A stretch of 64,000 bases of DNA. It comes from a virus. Taxonomy: Duplodnaviria; Caudoviricetes. This document shows, one piece after another, positions 9,701 through 18,198 of the stretch. The first letter of the stretch is position 1; every line of letters begins with the position of its first letter. The notes below the pieces were generated by a model, which did not search any database, was not told the DNA's origin, and worked only from the letters and a program-made list of their open reading frames with translations. The stretch covers positions 32,001 to 96,000 of the IMG/VR virus record IMGVR_UViG_3300042691_041259, one strand, 5' to 3'. The translations under genes were made by a program, and so were the position numbers.

Positions 9701-10710
9701 ATTGGCGTGTTGTATGAAAGGAAGTCAATTACATCATCAGAAGTTCCAATCAGTTTATTACCGATTGTATCAATCTTGTGAATGCTGTTTAAGTAGTCTT
9801 CAATCTTTGTATTATTTACAGCAATGAAAACACCGGTAAGACCGATAGCAGCATTTACCAAGTTCTCAATGTATTGGTTAGTTCCTGCGTTGTCTACGAA
9901 GTCTGGGATGATACAACCAGTAAATGATCCTACCATTGTTACTCCGTCCAAAGAAAGGAACGCGTCCAATTTATCAGTACGAATACCGCGAAGGTCAAAG
10001 TACTTTGAGAATGTTGGGTCCTGAGTTAAAACTCCCAAGTTTGTCCAGTCGCCTTCAACGATAATCAAATCGAGGAAGAAGTCAGACAAGTAGTCATTTT
10101 CACCCATGTAGTCAGGAACATTACCAAGACCATAATAGTCTTTTGCTGGAATGTTGTACTGCGTAGCATTAACCGACTTGCGAACGATAATTGAAAGAGG
10201 AGCTTGTGAAAGGTTTACTACAGTGAACAGATAGTCTTTGTTGAGTGGAGTTGCATCCTGAGTTGCAATCACGTACTCTGTGTCTGGGAACCAGAAGCGC
10301 TCTTTGTTGTAGAACGATGTTACCAAAGCTCTGGTAACAGGTCCATTGCTTTCGTCGGAAGCAAGTGCAAAGCTGCGATAGTTAGTTGTGTCTCCGCCTT
10401 CGCTGATAGGTGTGCTCTTCAGCGGCATGAGATTCAGTGCAAAAATTGGACCTACTGATAAGCAGATTTCCATTGCACGGTGGAAGAAAGATCCACGCTT
10501 TTCTAGGTATGCATCAATTAAACCGAAGGTTCTGCGGCATGTGTTAACATCCCTTAAAAACACCGGTGCATTGATAGGACCTATTCGGGAGAATCCAACC
10601 ACCAAACGGATAGTTTGGGTAGTTACTACAATTCTCTCCGAGGAGTCGAATTCTACAGTGTAGACTCCTGACGCCTTAAATTTGTTTAGGTCAAGACTGA
10701 TTTTAGCCAT
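6760..10710 (-). CDS. gp18: Tail sheath protein (T4 gp18-like), unusually long
   Basis: N-term SGVYTVEFD.S...VGFSR.GPINAPV; C-term IPPAADV...AGPRRG...GINPI....G.MIF...T...SAF..LHVRDLL...FEFND..TR...V..YL..V....GIYDY.V.MDE.NN...VID...GIIDV.IEP are conserved sheath motifs. Confidence 0.95.
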   Translation of the reverse strand: MAKISLDLNKFKASGVYTVEFDSSERIVVTTQTIRLVVGFSRIGPINAPVFLRDVNTCRRTFGLIDAYLEKRGSFFHRAMEICLSVGPIFALNLMPLKSTPISEGGDTTNYRSFALASDESNGPVTRALVTSFYNKERFWFPDTEYVIATQDATPLNKDYLFTVVNLSQAPLSIIVRKSVNATQYNIPAKDYYGLGNVPDYMGENDYLSDFFLDLIIVEGDWTNLGVLTQDPTFSKYFDLRGIRTDKLDAFLSLDGVTMVGSFTGCIIPDFVDNAGTNQYIENLVNAAIGLTGVFIAVNNTKIEDYLNSIHKIDTIGNKLIGTSDDVIDFLSYNTPIKNVLEYVGTDDLDPANSPDNGVTIYDGAGAGLLTSTVQIYVKSQPFGGRSGNFNNVLVIPKPEPADAVFLPSQYQFLVDNISNNTIFKTYGVNTFATESPDDYVKVDNVIDTGTELQIQLSSPLHKKVGYFDNIIGTTTATLIPGTANEIEVGTFKDEADTTLTPAAPVAGVNVDFILVQFPGFAKYYQVASYAGGIITVEDSGVSGIYDAAPYYFNKWGTLGLDIADFESVVQATDIKVTLFKGDLLNVPAAIPDVNANSLVPNLGLTLDSVDFGDSLTFAINPTTTVESFDGIGNTFVAAGVPSDNSTGEIYSSVEVELYQNGSITPFVSANVLIGAGPFYITNITYTGSAAGARVAQVAFVSGLGANTVALGTGDLGAGADTFVVKLVQSGISFTMESDATGEYVEGAGLFDLKYVEAYPGSKLNINVNQNLVVNGDSVKYDTGASEFNYLGITKRWSKGAATGSVDVYSQIAYGLSGCRVTQYTATDLVTRASATYAVLDETYIDGTVFDNAIPEENYLAFYSATGKNISSNITIIGTLSSGGKKFQVSAADSVNLTVGDLIVDNSATPRLTRITDKIKKVNPSTGVVTYEYTVLDVPAVDFTTNTITKYTPIQTFCDRLQFTLLNGYVLNDYHLPNNTDAQIDKIYGVLENTNIAKTLASRDIISFRYVIDTFNGGIAPQMGPKSILARLARDRQKCMAILNAPSIKQFIASTDPRFTELPDPAAGNPRPTLNTSYIAEGGNLSLGPSFRFSLPDEENGAKFIGVFSPNIIIREDNTNKSIPPAADVSNNFVRKFIQGLPYSIVAGPRRGVISNPKFAGLEFEYLLQDREYLEPFGINPIVTVKGIGPMIFANQTAYQTTLSAFNNLHVRDLLITVSEAIEDVLAQYLFEFNDASTRLEIRTIVENYLDTVRNAGGIYDYQVIMDETNNSAAVIDQNFGIIDVGIEPSRGLQKFINRITILKTGTISSGGFVAG

Positions 10711-10747
10711 TCTTACTACTCTTTATTTTATATTGGTTCGGTTGATC

Positions 10748-10755
10748 TATATATC
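10748..10755 (-). promoter_or_regulatory. Putative late promoter GATATATA upstream of sheath
   Basis: Exact 8-mer 38 nt before the sheath ATG. Confidence 0.6.
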
Positions 10756-10767
10756 AAGGTGCCTTTA

Positions 10768-12633
10768 CTAAAAACCACCAAATCCACCGCCAACTGACTT
10801 AGTACCGCGTTTTATCTGTAGCTTCTGCTGTGCCTTTATCTGCTCAGCCATATCGCGAACGCTATCGGCCACGCTTGAATCCAAGTCTTTGAGTAGTTGA
10901 AAACCGTCAGGCATTTCGTCAGCCCCGCCGCCTGCCTCAATGGTTTTATCAATTTCCCGCTTAACTGTTTCGTCAATTCCATCATATATGTCTTCTACCA
11001 TATCATAAAAGTCGGTAGTATCAAAAAGACTTACCGTATTCACACATGACATTGCAACATCATCATTACCTATTTGCGAAGAGTAACTGCCAGTAGAATT
11101 GATACCAAAAGATGCAAGTTCTACTACTGTGCGCTCTTCGGTGATAAGTATTTTTTTCATAGATACAAGGCCTCGCAGCTCTCTGCAAAAGATTTCTTTA
11201 TTATCCTTTTGCATCTTTACGCCAGGCTTAAGTATTGGAGCATTAATGCTATGCTTTGTATGTAGGAATGTTTCAGGAAAGAAGTTGCGGTTTCGACCAA
11301 CTCGTTCAAATACCAGGTTTCCTTTAAAATTGATTTCCATTACGGTCTTTACGTCCTCGGATTCAAATACCTCAAACATTAAGGTCTCAAGCACTCTTGA
11401 CAAGTCTTCTACTGATACTGTGTTAGAGCGAAAAAGCCCAACTTGCCGCAGTCGAAAGAAGCCAGTTTCATCTCGCCAGTCCCTAACCTTTCTTATCATG
11501 GCTTTTGACTGTGGTTCCATTTTAAATATGTTAATGACACTAAAATCTCTTCCTACGCCATCCCCAATATCTACCGCTAACACAAATTTTTCTCCTTTTT
11601 CAACAGATGCCGGATCAAAATCAGGGTGCCAAGTAACGTCTTTGTAAAACTCAGGATCGCTGAAAAACGCGTCATGTTCTTTGTATACATACTTCTTTGA
11701 AATGCGATTAAGATACTCAAGAACACTTCCTGGAAGGAGCAATCTCGATGATGCCAAGAACTGATTTCCATATTCCTGATTAAAGAGCTCTTCGCTTCCA
11801 AGGTTTGCAATTTCTTGACGTTTCCAGTTGTCATCTCTTCCAGGTACCTGCCACCAGTCCACTCGTATCGGATGGTAGCTGTTCTTTCCTTCCAGCGCTC
11901 CGGTATACAACTCGTAAAAGAGGTTCATACCATTTGGTGTTGAAGATATAATGATTCGCGAGATCTTGGAAGATGATAGCGTTGGATAAATTGATCGATA
12001 GAATTGCGATAAGAAGTTTGGGTGAATATGTGCAAACTCATCCGCGTACAGCAAGTGAATGGTAAAACCGATAGCAGCAGTTTTGGTAGTTGCTTGTGAA
12101 TAGAGTCGACAGCCATTGTCAAACTTCATACCAGTAGCTCCGCTGGTACCAACGCCTGGCTTAATAAAGAATGGTAAGTTTTTAATGATCACTTTCACTT
12201 TGTCCACAATTTCAGTAGTGGTTGCCATTTTGTTAGCCACAATCATTACGTTTCGATCATAGTGAAAACACAAATACCAGGCAATAAAGATGGATGATGT
12301 AACAGTTTTACCAATCTGTCGAGAAGCGAGCATGATGACAAAACGATTGTCCTGAAAGTCTTCCAACATATCCTCTTGATAAGGACGCAGAGTAATCTGC
12401 TGAACCCCTTCATCCGTCATGGAGTAGCAGAATTTATTGGCAAAATACACTACATCATTTGCACACTTTGCCAAATCCTCAAGCTCTTCTTTGGTATATT
12501 CAAATACTATGTTGGCAGCCTTTAGTTCTGGGTTACCTTCATAAAAAGCCGAATTGTCTGTTGGTAGACCGTTCTCAAGTTTTCTTATTTCTTCATTGAT
12601 CCTTTTAGTCGACCATACCTTCCCCTTCGCCAT
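10768..12633 (-). CDS. gp17: Terminase large subunit (T4 gp17-like)
   Basis: Walker A ASRQIGKT, Walker B LLYADEFAH, motif III IISSTPNG, RNase H-like nuclease VDIGDGVGRDFS and DDVAMS. Start taken at MAKGKVW (12633). Confidence 0.95.
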   Translation of the reverse strand: MAKGKVWSTKRINEEIRKLENGLPTDNSAFYEGNPELKAANIVFEYTKEELEDLAKCANDVVYFANKFCYSMTDEGVQQITLRPYQEDMLEDFQDNRFVIMLASRQIGKTVTSSIFIAWYLCFHYDRNVMIVANKMATTTEIVDKVKVIIKNLPFFIKPGVGTSGATGMKFDNGCRLYSQATTKTAAIGFTIHLLYADEFAHIHPNFLSQFYRSIYPTLSSSKISRIIISSTPNGMNLFYELYTGALEGKNSYHPIRVDWWQVPGRDDNWKRQEIANLGSEELFNQEYGNQFLASSRLLLPGSVLEYLNRISKKYVYKEHDAFFSDPEFYKDVTWHPDFDPASVEKGEKFVLAVDIGDGVGRDFSVINIFKMEPQSKAMIRKVRDWRDETGFFRLRQVGLFRSNTVSVEDLSRVLETLMFEVFESEDVKTVMEINFKGNLVFERVGRNRNFFPETFLHTKHSINAPILKPGVKMQKDNKEIFCRELRGLVSMKKILITEERTVVELASFGINSTGSYSSQIGNDDVAMSCVNTVSLFDTTDFYDMVEDIYDGIDETVKREIDKTIEAGGGADEMPDGFQLLKDLDSSVADSVRDMAEQIKAQQKLQIKRGTKSVGGGFGGF

Positions 12634-13276
12634 AAGTGTCATCCATATTTTCAAGTTTTCCAGTAGCCCGCTTTTCTGGGACTACTTGTCGAATAGATTC
12701 AATCAGACCGCGAGTACCACGAGTTTGCATTGGATTTGCTCCCGACACTTCTTCATGATCCGTGTCAGTAGTTTCTGCTGCTCTGAGTTGATAATCGTTC
12801 TTTAAGTTTTTATAGTTGTTTTCCATAATGATCATAAACTGTGCAAGATGCTTTACAATTTCCATTTTGGATCTCTGTAAAGAAGATAGCACTTCAAAAG
12901 TTCTCGGATGCAGATTGCCGTTATCAATCTCTTCCAGAAGTTTAATGATGGCATGCTCAGCAGTTCTCATCTGAAATAGTAGATTGGAAATTGTTATGTG
13001 ATCGACCGCAGTCTTTTGTTTCACATAAGGAATTGTTTCAATAATCTTTTCGTCTAAGTAAAAATTGGCTACTGAACTGACTATTTCTTCAGCAGAATCT
13101 TCGCATTCAATTTTTACATTATGGTAGTCAAGAGAAGAAATTGGTCGGCTTGGAAGAATATCGCTTGCCTGAGCCGTTAAAGACTGAATAGCTTGTGTGT
13201 CCTCCGAAATGAGCTTCTCCAACTCTTCTCGTAATAACATCTGTTCTTTTTTCTCGGGATCAATTTTTCTAGGCAT
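12605..13276 (-). CDS. gp16: Terminase small subunit (T4 gp16-like)
   Basis: HPRTFEVLSSL resembles the gp16 HPRAYEV motif; helical, directly upstream of and overlapping the large subunit. Confidence 0.65.
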   Translation of the reverse strand: MPRKIDPEKKEQMLLREELEKLISEDTQAIQSLTAQASDILPSRPISSLDYHNVKIECEDSAEEIVSSVANFYLDEKIIETIPYVKQKTAVDHITISNLLFQMRTAEHAIIKLLEEIDNGNLHPRTFEVLSSLQRSKMEIVKHLAQFMIIMENNYKNLKNDYQLRAAETTDTDHEEVSGANPMQTRGTRGLIESIRQVVPEKRATGKLENMDDTYGEGEGMVD

Positions 13277-13277
13277 A

Positions 13278-15344
13278 TTACTTTGTTTTTGCAATCCATG
13301 GAAGTCTTAGGCGCGGTAAAGCGTTGTCGATTACGATTGCGAGTTGCGAATCCTCCACTATGTTTTGATTTAGCAGAGTCATTTGTTTTTCTGTGTCGTT
13401 TTCAATAGAATCAAATAACCTAATGTTTGTCATTACAAGAGGTGTTCCTAATAATCGATAGCTTCTCCATTTGTCGTCGGTTACTGTGTAATCGGCGGCC
13501 GGGACTTGAATGGCTGATGCATATATATTTTCTAAATCGGTAGTGTTGATTGGTGTTGGATCGTTGTCAATCCATTTCCGCGTCCACACATTCAGTGATA
13601 CTTGTCCAAATTCATTTGATATGTTAAGGAATATTGCGTACCATTGGTTTACTGCTAAATTTTGTGGCAGAATAAAGTATTTTTTTGTTTCATTCAAATA
13701 GAGCTTTATGTAGCGGCCTGCTATAAGTGAAAGGTGCCAACCCTTATTAACATCCGGATCAAACCCATAGAACAAACACTTTTCATATGTAAGTTCAGAT
13801 GTAAATGTTCCTACAGTTTGCCAACCAGAGTACTGTGCCTGGAGGAAGGTATAAATTTCAATTGGTATCAATACACGATGAACATATGTTGAAACAGTGG
13901 AATCCCAAGATCCATAGAAAGAAATTCCATTTGGCCTTGTGAATTTTATCAAATCATCTCCAGAAAACTTTCGAATAGCATTTATTGTAAACTGTACCAA
14001 TGCATGAGTTGCAGTAATGCTAACAACTGTAAACGGACCTTGTACCGGATCTCTTGGTATAACATATCCTGGATCAACATCTTTAAACCATGCAAGAAAC
14101 GCGCGGTTTTCCGTAATGCCAAAATCTACATTCGATTTGTAAAGAACTGCGGTTCGTGAAGCCGCGCCGCCACTAAAATAGTTAGGAATATACGTATTTG
14201 CAACATATGTATTAGAGGTTGGATCTACGTTTGTGGCTTGCCCACCAATAGTAGTTCTTAAGTCGTATTGCGAATTTGATACAAGAGTGTAGTAATTAAG
14301 GAACCTCTCCTCGGTAATAATCAAATCATCATTAATGTATGCTCGGATTGGATCGTAATCCTTTGATCCAATTTTAGGATCGTATTGCTGTGGCTTAGTC
14401 TTTTCTAATGCGTCAGCTAACAATTCTTCACCAAAAAGCTCCTCGGTGTTTCGAGAAATTGATTCCAAAAAGTCTTTATGATCTTGTGTTTCTGAACGGT
14501 TTGATTTTGGAGCGTATTTCATTAAAGCAACTTTCCAATAAACCGGCTTCTGCATAAAGTCACGAAATAGGTAAGAACTCTGAACTTCATAAATCCTATT
14601 AGTAAGAGGAAAGTATATGATGTCTCTTTTTTGTGGAGCAGACCCTACGCCAAAAATGTCTTCAAAATAGGCTTTATCAATGTGGACTTCAAATGGCATT
14701 TCAAAGTCCAATCCCATTGGACCAAAATTGATTTTGTTATCCGGAAACTCGTTGTTTGGAACTAGTACTTTAATACAGCACGGATCATCCACATCATAAA
14801 GAGTCCATTCTTTTAAAGTGACGTCTCTTCCATTTAGCAATGGAGTGGCCTTTGCGTATTCTACACTGTGGCCAAAGAGTTGATTGATAGTAAAACTTAA
14901 GCTCTTATAGAGAGAAACTGCCGGGTTAACTTGGTATGGTCTAAAGCTAAAGTTTTCAATCTTTGTAAGAGATGTAATGTTGCCACATTGGCAAGCTGAT
15001 GCAACTGGAACAAATCCCAAAAACTTATCTTGCGCAATAGGATCCTGTTCATATTTTACTGCAATGGAGTTTACCATCACTGGGCCTCCTGAAAGCAGAG
15101 TTATTCGAAAGTCAATCCAGAGCTCATTGTTTGGATCAAGAAGAATGTCCTGTAAATTTTCATCAGTAAGTTCAATCCAAGCAGTCTTAATTTGATTAGT
15201 CTTTGACCAACGAAATTCAAGCTTTACTGTACCGGCGCCGGAAGAATCATAAGTGTACCCGGTCAGCTTTGTGACATAATTGATAGATTGGTTGTAAGAG
15301 ATCTTTGCAAAATCACCTATCTGACTGAGAGTAGCTAATATCAT
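13278..15344 (-). CDS. Neck/head-closure protein (T4 gp14-like core) with extra N- and C-terminal domains
   Basis: Core NEFPD..INFGPMGLDFE..FEVHIDK..FE..FG....PQKRDIIYFPL.NR.YEV...F.Q....W...L.KY resembles gp14; 688 aa is far longer than gp14. Confidence 0.6.
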   Translation of the reverse strand: MILATLSQIGDFAKISYNQSINYVTKLTGYTYDSSGAGTVKLEFRWSKTNQIKTAWIELTDENLQDILLDPNNELWIDFRITLLSGGPVMVNSIAVKYEQDPIAQDKFLGFVPVASACQCGNITSLTKIENFSFRPYQVNPAVSLYKSLSFTINQLFGHSVEYAKATPLLNGRDVTLKEWTLYDVDDPCCIKVLVPNNEFPDNKINFGPMGLDFEMPFEVHIDKAYFEDIFGVGSAPQKRDIIYFPLTNRIYEVQSSYLFRDFMQKPVYWKVALMKYAPKSNRSETQDHKDFLESISRNTEELFGEELLADALEKTKPQQYDPKIGSKDYDPIRAYINDDLIITEERFLNYYTLVSNSQYDLRTTIGGQATNVDPTSNTYVANTYIPNYFSGGAASRTAVLYKSNVDFGITENRAFLAWFKDVDPGYVIPRDPVQGPFTVVSITATHALVQFTINAIRKFSGDDLIKFTRPNGISFYGSWDSTVSTYVHRVLIPIEIYTFLQAQYSGWQTVGTFTSELTYEKCLFYGFDPDVNKGWHLSLIAGRYIKLYLNETKKYFILPQNLAVNQWYAIFLNISNEFGQVSLNVWTRKWIDNDPTPINTTDLENIYASAIQVPAADYTVTDDKWRSYRLLGTPLVMTNIRLFDSIENDTEKQMTLLNQNIVEDSQLAIVIDNALPRLRLPWIAKTK

Positions 15345-15380
15345 CCGTTCTTTTCTTTTTGTGCTTTTATAGCATATAGC

Positions 15381-15388
15381 TATATATC
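15381..15388 (-). promoter_or_regulatory. Putative late promoter GATATATA upstream of neck gene
   Basis: Exact 8-mer 37 nt before the ATG at 15344. Confidence 0.6.
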
Positions 15389-15408
15389 AACCAAGAAAAG
15401 CTAGATGT

Positions 15409-15822
15409 TTAGTTCTTTTCAATAAGCTTTTGCAGCTGTGCGAGTTCTTGAATAAACGGTTCGCCAAACATTTTCATGGCCTCTTCTACATCGCGACGAG
15501 AACACATATTCTTTTGACAGTAATACCGAATGGTCGTGTCATTGACTGGCTGTGCAGCGGCTTTCTTTTCCTTTTCTTTCTTGGTCTTTACAAACATCCA
15601 GGAAGGAGTGCGGCTAAACATTTTGCCAACCGTGTCAGCCCAATATGTAACCGCATTCCCTGGATGTATTTTGGTATGGTTAAGAAACTGCGCCTGCACT
15701 GGATATTTGATAGCCATGAAACGATTCACCATAAAGTTATGTCTTCCACGTTCATGCAAAGAAGTCTTATTAAACTCGTCTCGCTTGGAGAACATTGAAT
15801 TAAGAAGGTCGAATAGTTCCAT
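15409..15822 (-). CDS. Possible clamp loader small subunit (T4 gp62-like)
   Basis: MELFDLLNSM...FMVNRFM....AQFLN...W..K pattern resembles gp62 (LFD.LNSI...F.INR.LS....ANEMN). Confidence 0.5.
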   Translation of the reverse strand: MELFDLLNSMFSKRDEFNKTSLHERGRHNFMVNRFMAIKYPVQAQFLNHTKIHPGNAVTYWADTVGKMFSRTPSWMFVKTKKEKEKKAAAQPVNDTTIRYYCQKNMCSRRDVEEAMKMFGEPFIQELAQLQKLIEKN

Positions 15823-15831
15823 AGTTATATT

Positions 15832-16044
15832 TTATTCAGTGTCTTTTGAAAGTTTCTTTACATCGGAAAATTTTGCCACCCATAGGTAAAAAACAAAAAG
15901 TCCAATCCACCAATCAAAATCTACCAAGTCTCTGATAGGTGTTTTTGTAAATAGTGAATAGCCCAGGACCAAGAATCCTGCTAACATAATTGCGATCTGA
16001 ATAACTATAATAGCCCAGATCAATGCTGCTTTTAATTTGCTCAT
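15832..16044 (-). CDS. Small membrane protein (2 hydrophobic segments)
   Basis: 70 aa, two hydrophobic stretches, packs into operon. Confidence 0.6.
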   Translation of the reverse strand: MSKLKAALIWAIIVIQIAIMLAGFLVLGYSLFTKTPIRDLVDFDWWIGLFVFYLWVAKFSDVKKLSKDTE

Positions 16045-16050
16045 AAGAAT

Positions 16051-16401
16051 CTATTTTTGATTGTAAATGTTTCTAAGTTCTAATACTTCTTCAGCGGTTT
16101 CGTATTCTTCAATGCTGGCAAAGTATTCCTCGCACTCTTCCAGGTTTCCCAAGATATCCTCGTCATGTATACTGATGATTGCAATAAGACTATTCATTTC
16201 ATCCAGAATAGGTGAGTCTTCGTGTATTTCTGCTACCACCACTTCTTCCAAGTCTGGTTCTTCAATAAGTTCTCGACAAGCAAGCATTGTGCATCTTAAA
16301 ACGGTATCTCTATTTGAGTCCATCCATTCTACTATATGTTCATCGATAGTTTCGGTGAGACTGATATAGATTTTTAACGGTATGCTTAGTTCGTTTTTCA
16401 T
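16051..16401 (-). CDS. Hypothetical acidic protein with UVR-like C-terminal hairpin
   Basis: C-term YFASIEEYETAEEVLELR; 4-nt overlap with upstream gene. Confidence 0.6.
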   Translation of the reverse strand: MKNELSIPLKIYISLTETIDEHIVEWMDSNRDTVLRCTMLACRELIEEPDLEEVVVAEIHEDSPILDEMNSLIAIISIHDEDILGNLEECEEYFASIEEYETAEEVLELRNIYNQK

Positions 16402-17510
16402 TTGCCTCCTAATGCTTTAAATATATCTGCTTCAAATGTTTTTCCAGCGCTAATGAATTTTGATCCATCAAGTAGAGCATGCATATCATATGTTCGCGCA
16501 GATAGCGTCTTACGAGTAAGAAGCGATTGCAGATGCGGTTTAAATTCTTCCTGAATTGAAGCAGGAATTACGCGTTCATCCAGAAATACAAGCTGCGTAT
16601 TCCTTTCCAGGTTATGCTTGATCAAGTCGGGTGCAGGATTCTGCTTTACCACTGCGTTGATTGCATTGGCAATTTCTGCAGAACGGCTTGGAAGATCCAT
16701 GATATCTGTTAGCGGTTTAACGCTGGTAAGTATTTCCCAGATTCTAGCGCATTTGGCTGGAGTAATGCGGAATGTTTTGCCATCCTTTTGCCAAGTATAG
16801 ATTGGTGGAACTGCGTCGCCAGCATCTCCCATGATTACCTTTTCAAATACAATATAGAAAGGATCCACTTCCTCAATCTCAATAGAATTTAGTGCATCCT
16901 GTATAAGATCTTTGCCACGGTTCATATAGGTATCCGCATTAAAGATATCCACGCTATCAGCAGTAATCCACTTCTTGAAACCGTTAGGAGCGGTGATTTT
17001 GCGAGTCTTAGTATTTGGGTTATAGACTACGGAGAAGTTGCCGGATTCTTTCATAATTACCGTTTGGGTAAGGTCCCGGTCGCCTGTGATTACTACCACA
17101 TCCATTCCATTTTCCACGAGTGCTTTAGACCACAGAGCCATAAGATCATCGCCTTCCGCCTTTTCCTGACGGGAAACTACGAAACCACGTGACATGAGGA
17201 TCCGTGAGAACTCATTCATTACATTATAGAAGTTATCCCAATTGACTTTGCTCTCGTCCTTTTCGCGATGACCTTTGTAAGAGCCATCCTGAATTTCAAT
17301 GTCCTTTCTCCAGGAGCGAGAATCAATAGTAAAGATCACATGATCCGGATTTCCAAACTGTCGAATTGCATATGACATATCGGTAGCAATCTTACGTATG
17401 AACATTGCTTGATCCTTCTCGTCTTCCAACAGTTTGTCGCTGCTTCCATAAGATGAAAAAACGAATAGGGATTTGTAAAAGAGATAGTTTCCGTCGAAGA
17501 TTAGTACCAT
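16398..17510 (-). CDS. rnh: 5'-3' exonuclease / T4 RNase H-like (FEN/PIN family)
   Basis: LIFDGNYL, D..SWRK..YKGHR, AEGDDLM, ITGDRDLTQ, helix-hairpin GDAGDAVP. Confidence 0.9.
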   Translation of the reverse strand: MVLIFDGNYLFYKSLFVFSSYGSSDKLLEDEKDQAMFIRKIATDMSYAIRQFGNPDHVIFTIDSRSWRKDIEIQDGSYKGHREKDESKVNWDNFYNVMNEFSRILMSRGFVVSRQEKAEGDDLMALWSKALVENGMDVVVITGDRDLTQTVIMKESGNFSVVYNPNTKTRKITAPNGFKKWITADSVDIFNADTYMNRGKDLIQDALNSIEIEEVDPFYIVFEKVIMGDAGDAVPPIYTWQKDGKTFRITPAKCARIWEILTSVKPLTDIMDLPSRSAEIANAINAVVKQNPAPDLIKHNLERNTQLVFLDERVIPASIQEEFKPHLQSLLTRKTLSARTYDMHALLDGSKFISAGKTFEADIFKALGGK

Positions 17511-17526
17511 ATATTATTTTGTTTTG

Positions 17527-17542
17527 ATAAAAATAACCAAAA
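17527..17542 (-). promoter_or_regulatory. Shared upstream motif TTTTGGTTATTTTTAT
   Basis: Identical 16-mer also at 49672-49687 upstream of DNA ligase; near copy at 19952-19968. Confidence 0.4.
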
Positions 17543-17570
17543 GAATTCAAATCTGAAAACATTTGGTCAT

Positions 17571-17831
17571 TTAGTTGTTAACATTCTGTGGATTCCATTT
17601 TTTAACGGCTTCATCCACGCTTTTCTCTAGGTGTTCCCGTAATTTAGGTACGCCTTCGGTAGTTGGTAGGCAGCCTTTGAAAACTACTTGGCGGCTAAGG
17701 CTACCATCATTTGCTACATAATACATGTAGACTCGTGTGCCTACCTTAATGATTTCAAATTTCTTGGGATGCAAAAAGCTATACTTCTGTAGCATATACG
17801 CTTTAAGATCCTCAGTTCTCTTGATTGTCAT
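17571..17831 (-). CDS. Hypothetical protein
   Basis: ORF in operon; start taken at MTIKRTEDLK (17831) to minimise overlap. Confidence 0.55.
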   Translation of the reverse strand: MTIKRTEDLKAYMLQKYSFLHPKKFEIIKVGTRVYMYYVANDGSLSRQVVFKGCLPTTEGVPKLREHLEKSVDEAVKKWNPQNVNN

Positions 17832-18198
17832 CGACTTTTTGGAATTTTTTAGAATTACGAATGTTTGCCAGGAAATGCTTTCCTTGAGATTCTGCATCGC
17901 AAAACTCTTTGTAATCATTGAAACTTACTTCCTCGTACATGTACTCTTGGTGATTGTTAAATTCTACAGTCAGCACCTCCTTATCATAGTTGTAGGTGGT
18001 AGAATGTATTAAGGAAGAATCCCATTCACGCTTTTCAAGGGTTCCTTTTGTGGTAAGTTCTCCTACCACTTCGTTGTAGGCTTTTTCTGCTTTGTTTTTT
18101 TGTTCCATCATTAAATGTTTGTATTTGTCCATTCTTTCTAATACTTCTTTATGTATGCCACGATTGTGTGCATCAAAGAGAATTTTTTCTATGCTCAT
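17812..18198 (-). CDS. KTSC domain protein
   Basis: SSLIHSTTYN....LTVEFNN..EY.Y..V....Y.EF..AES.GKHF..NIR matches the KTSC pattern. Confidence 0.85.
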   Translation of the reverse strand: MSIEKILFDAHNRGIHKEVLERMDKYKHLMMEQKNKAEKAYNEVVGELTTKGTLEKREWDSSLIHSTTYNYDKEVLTVEFNNHQEYMYEEVSFNDYKEFCDAESQGKHFLANIRNSKKFQKVDDNQEN

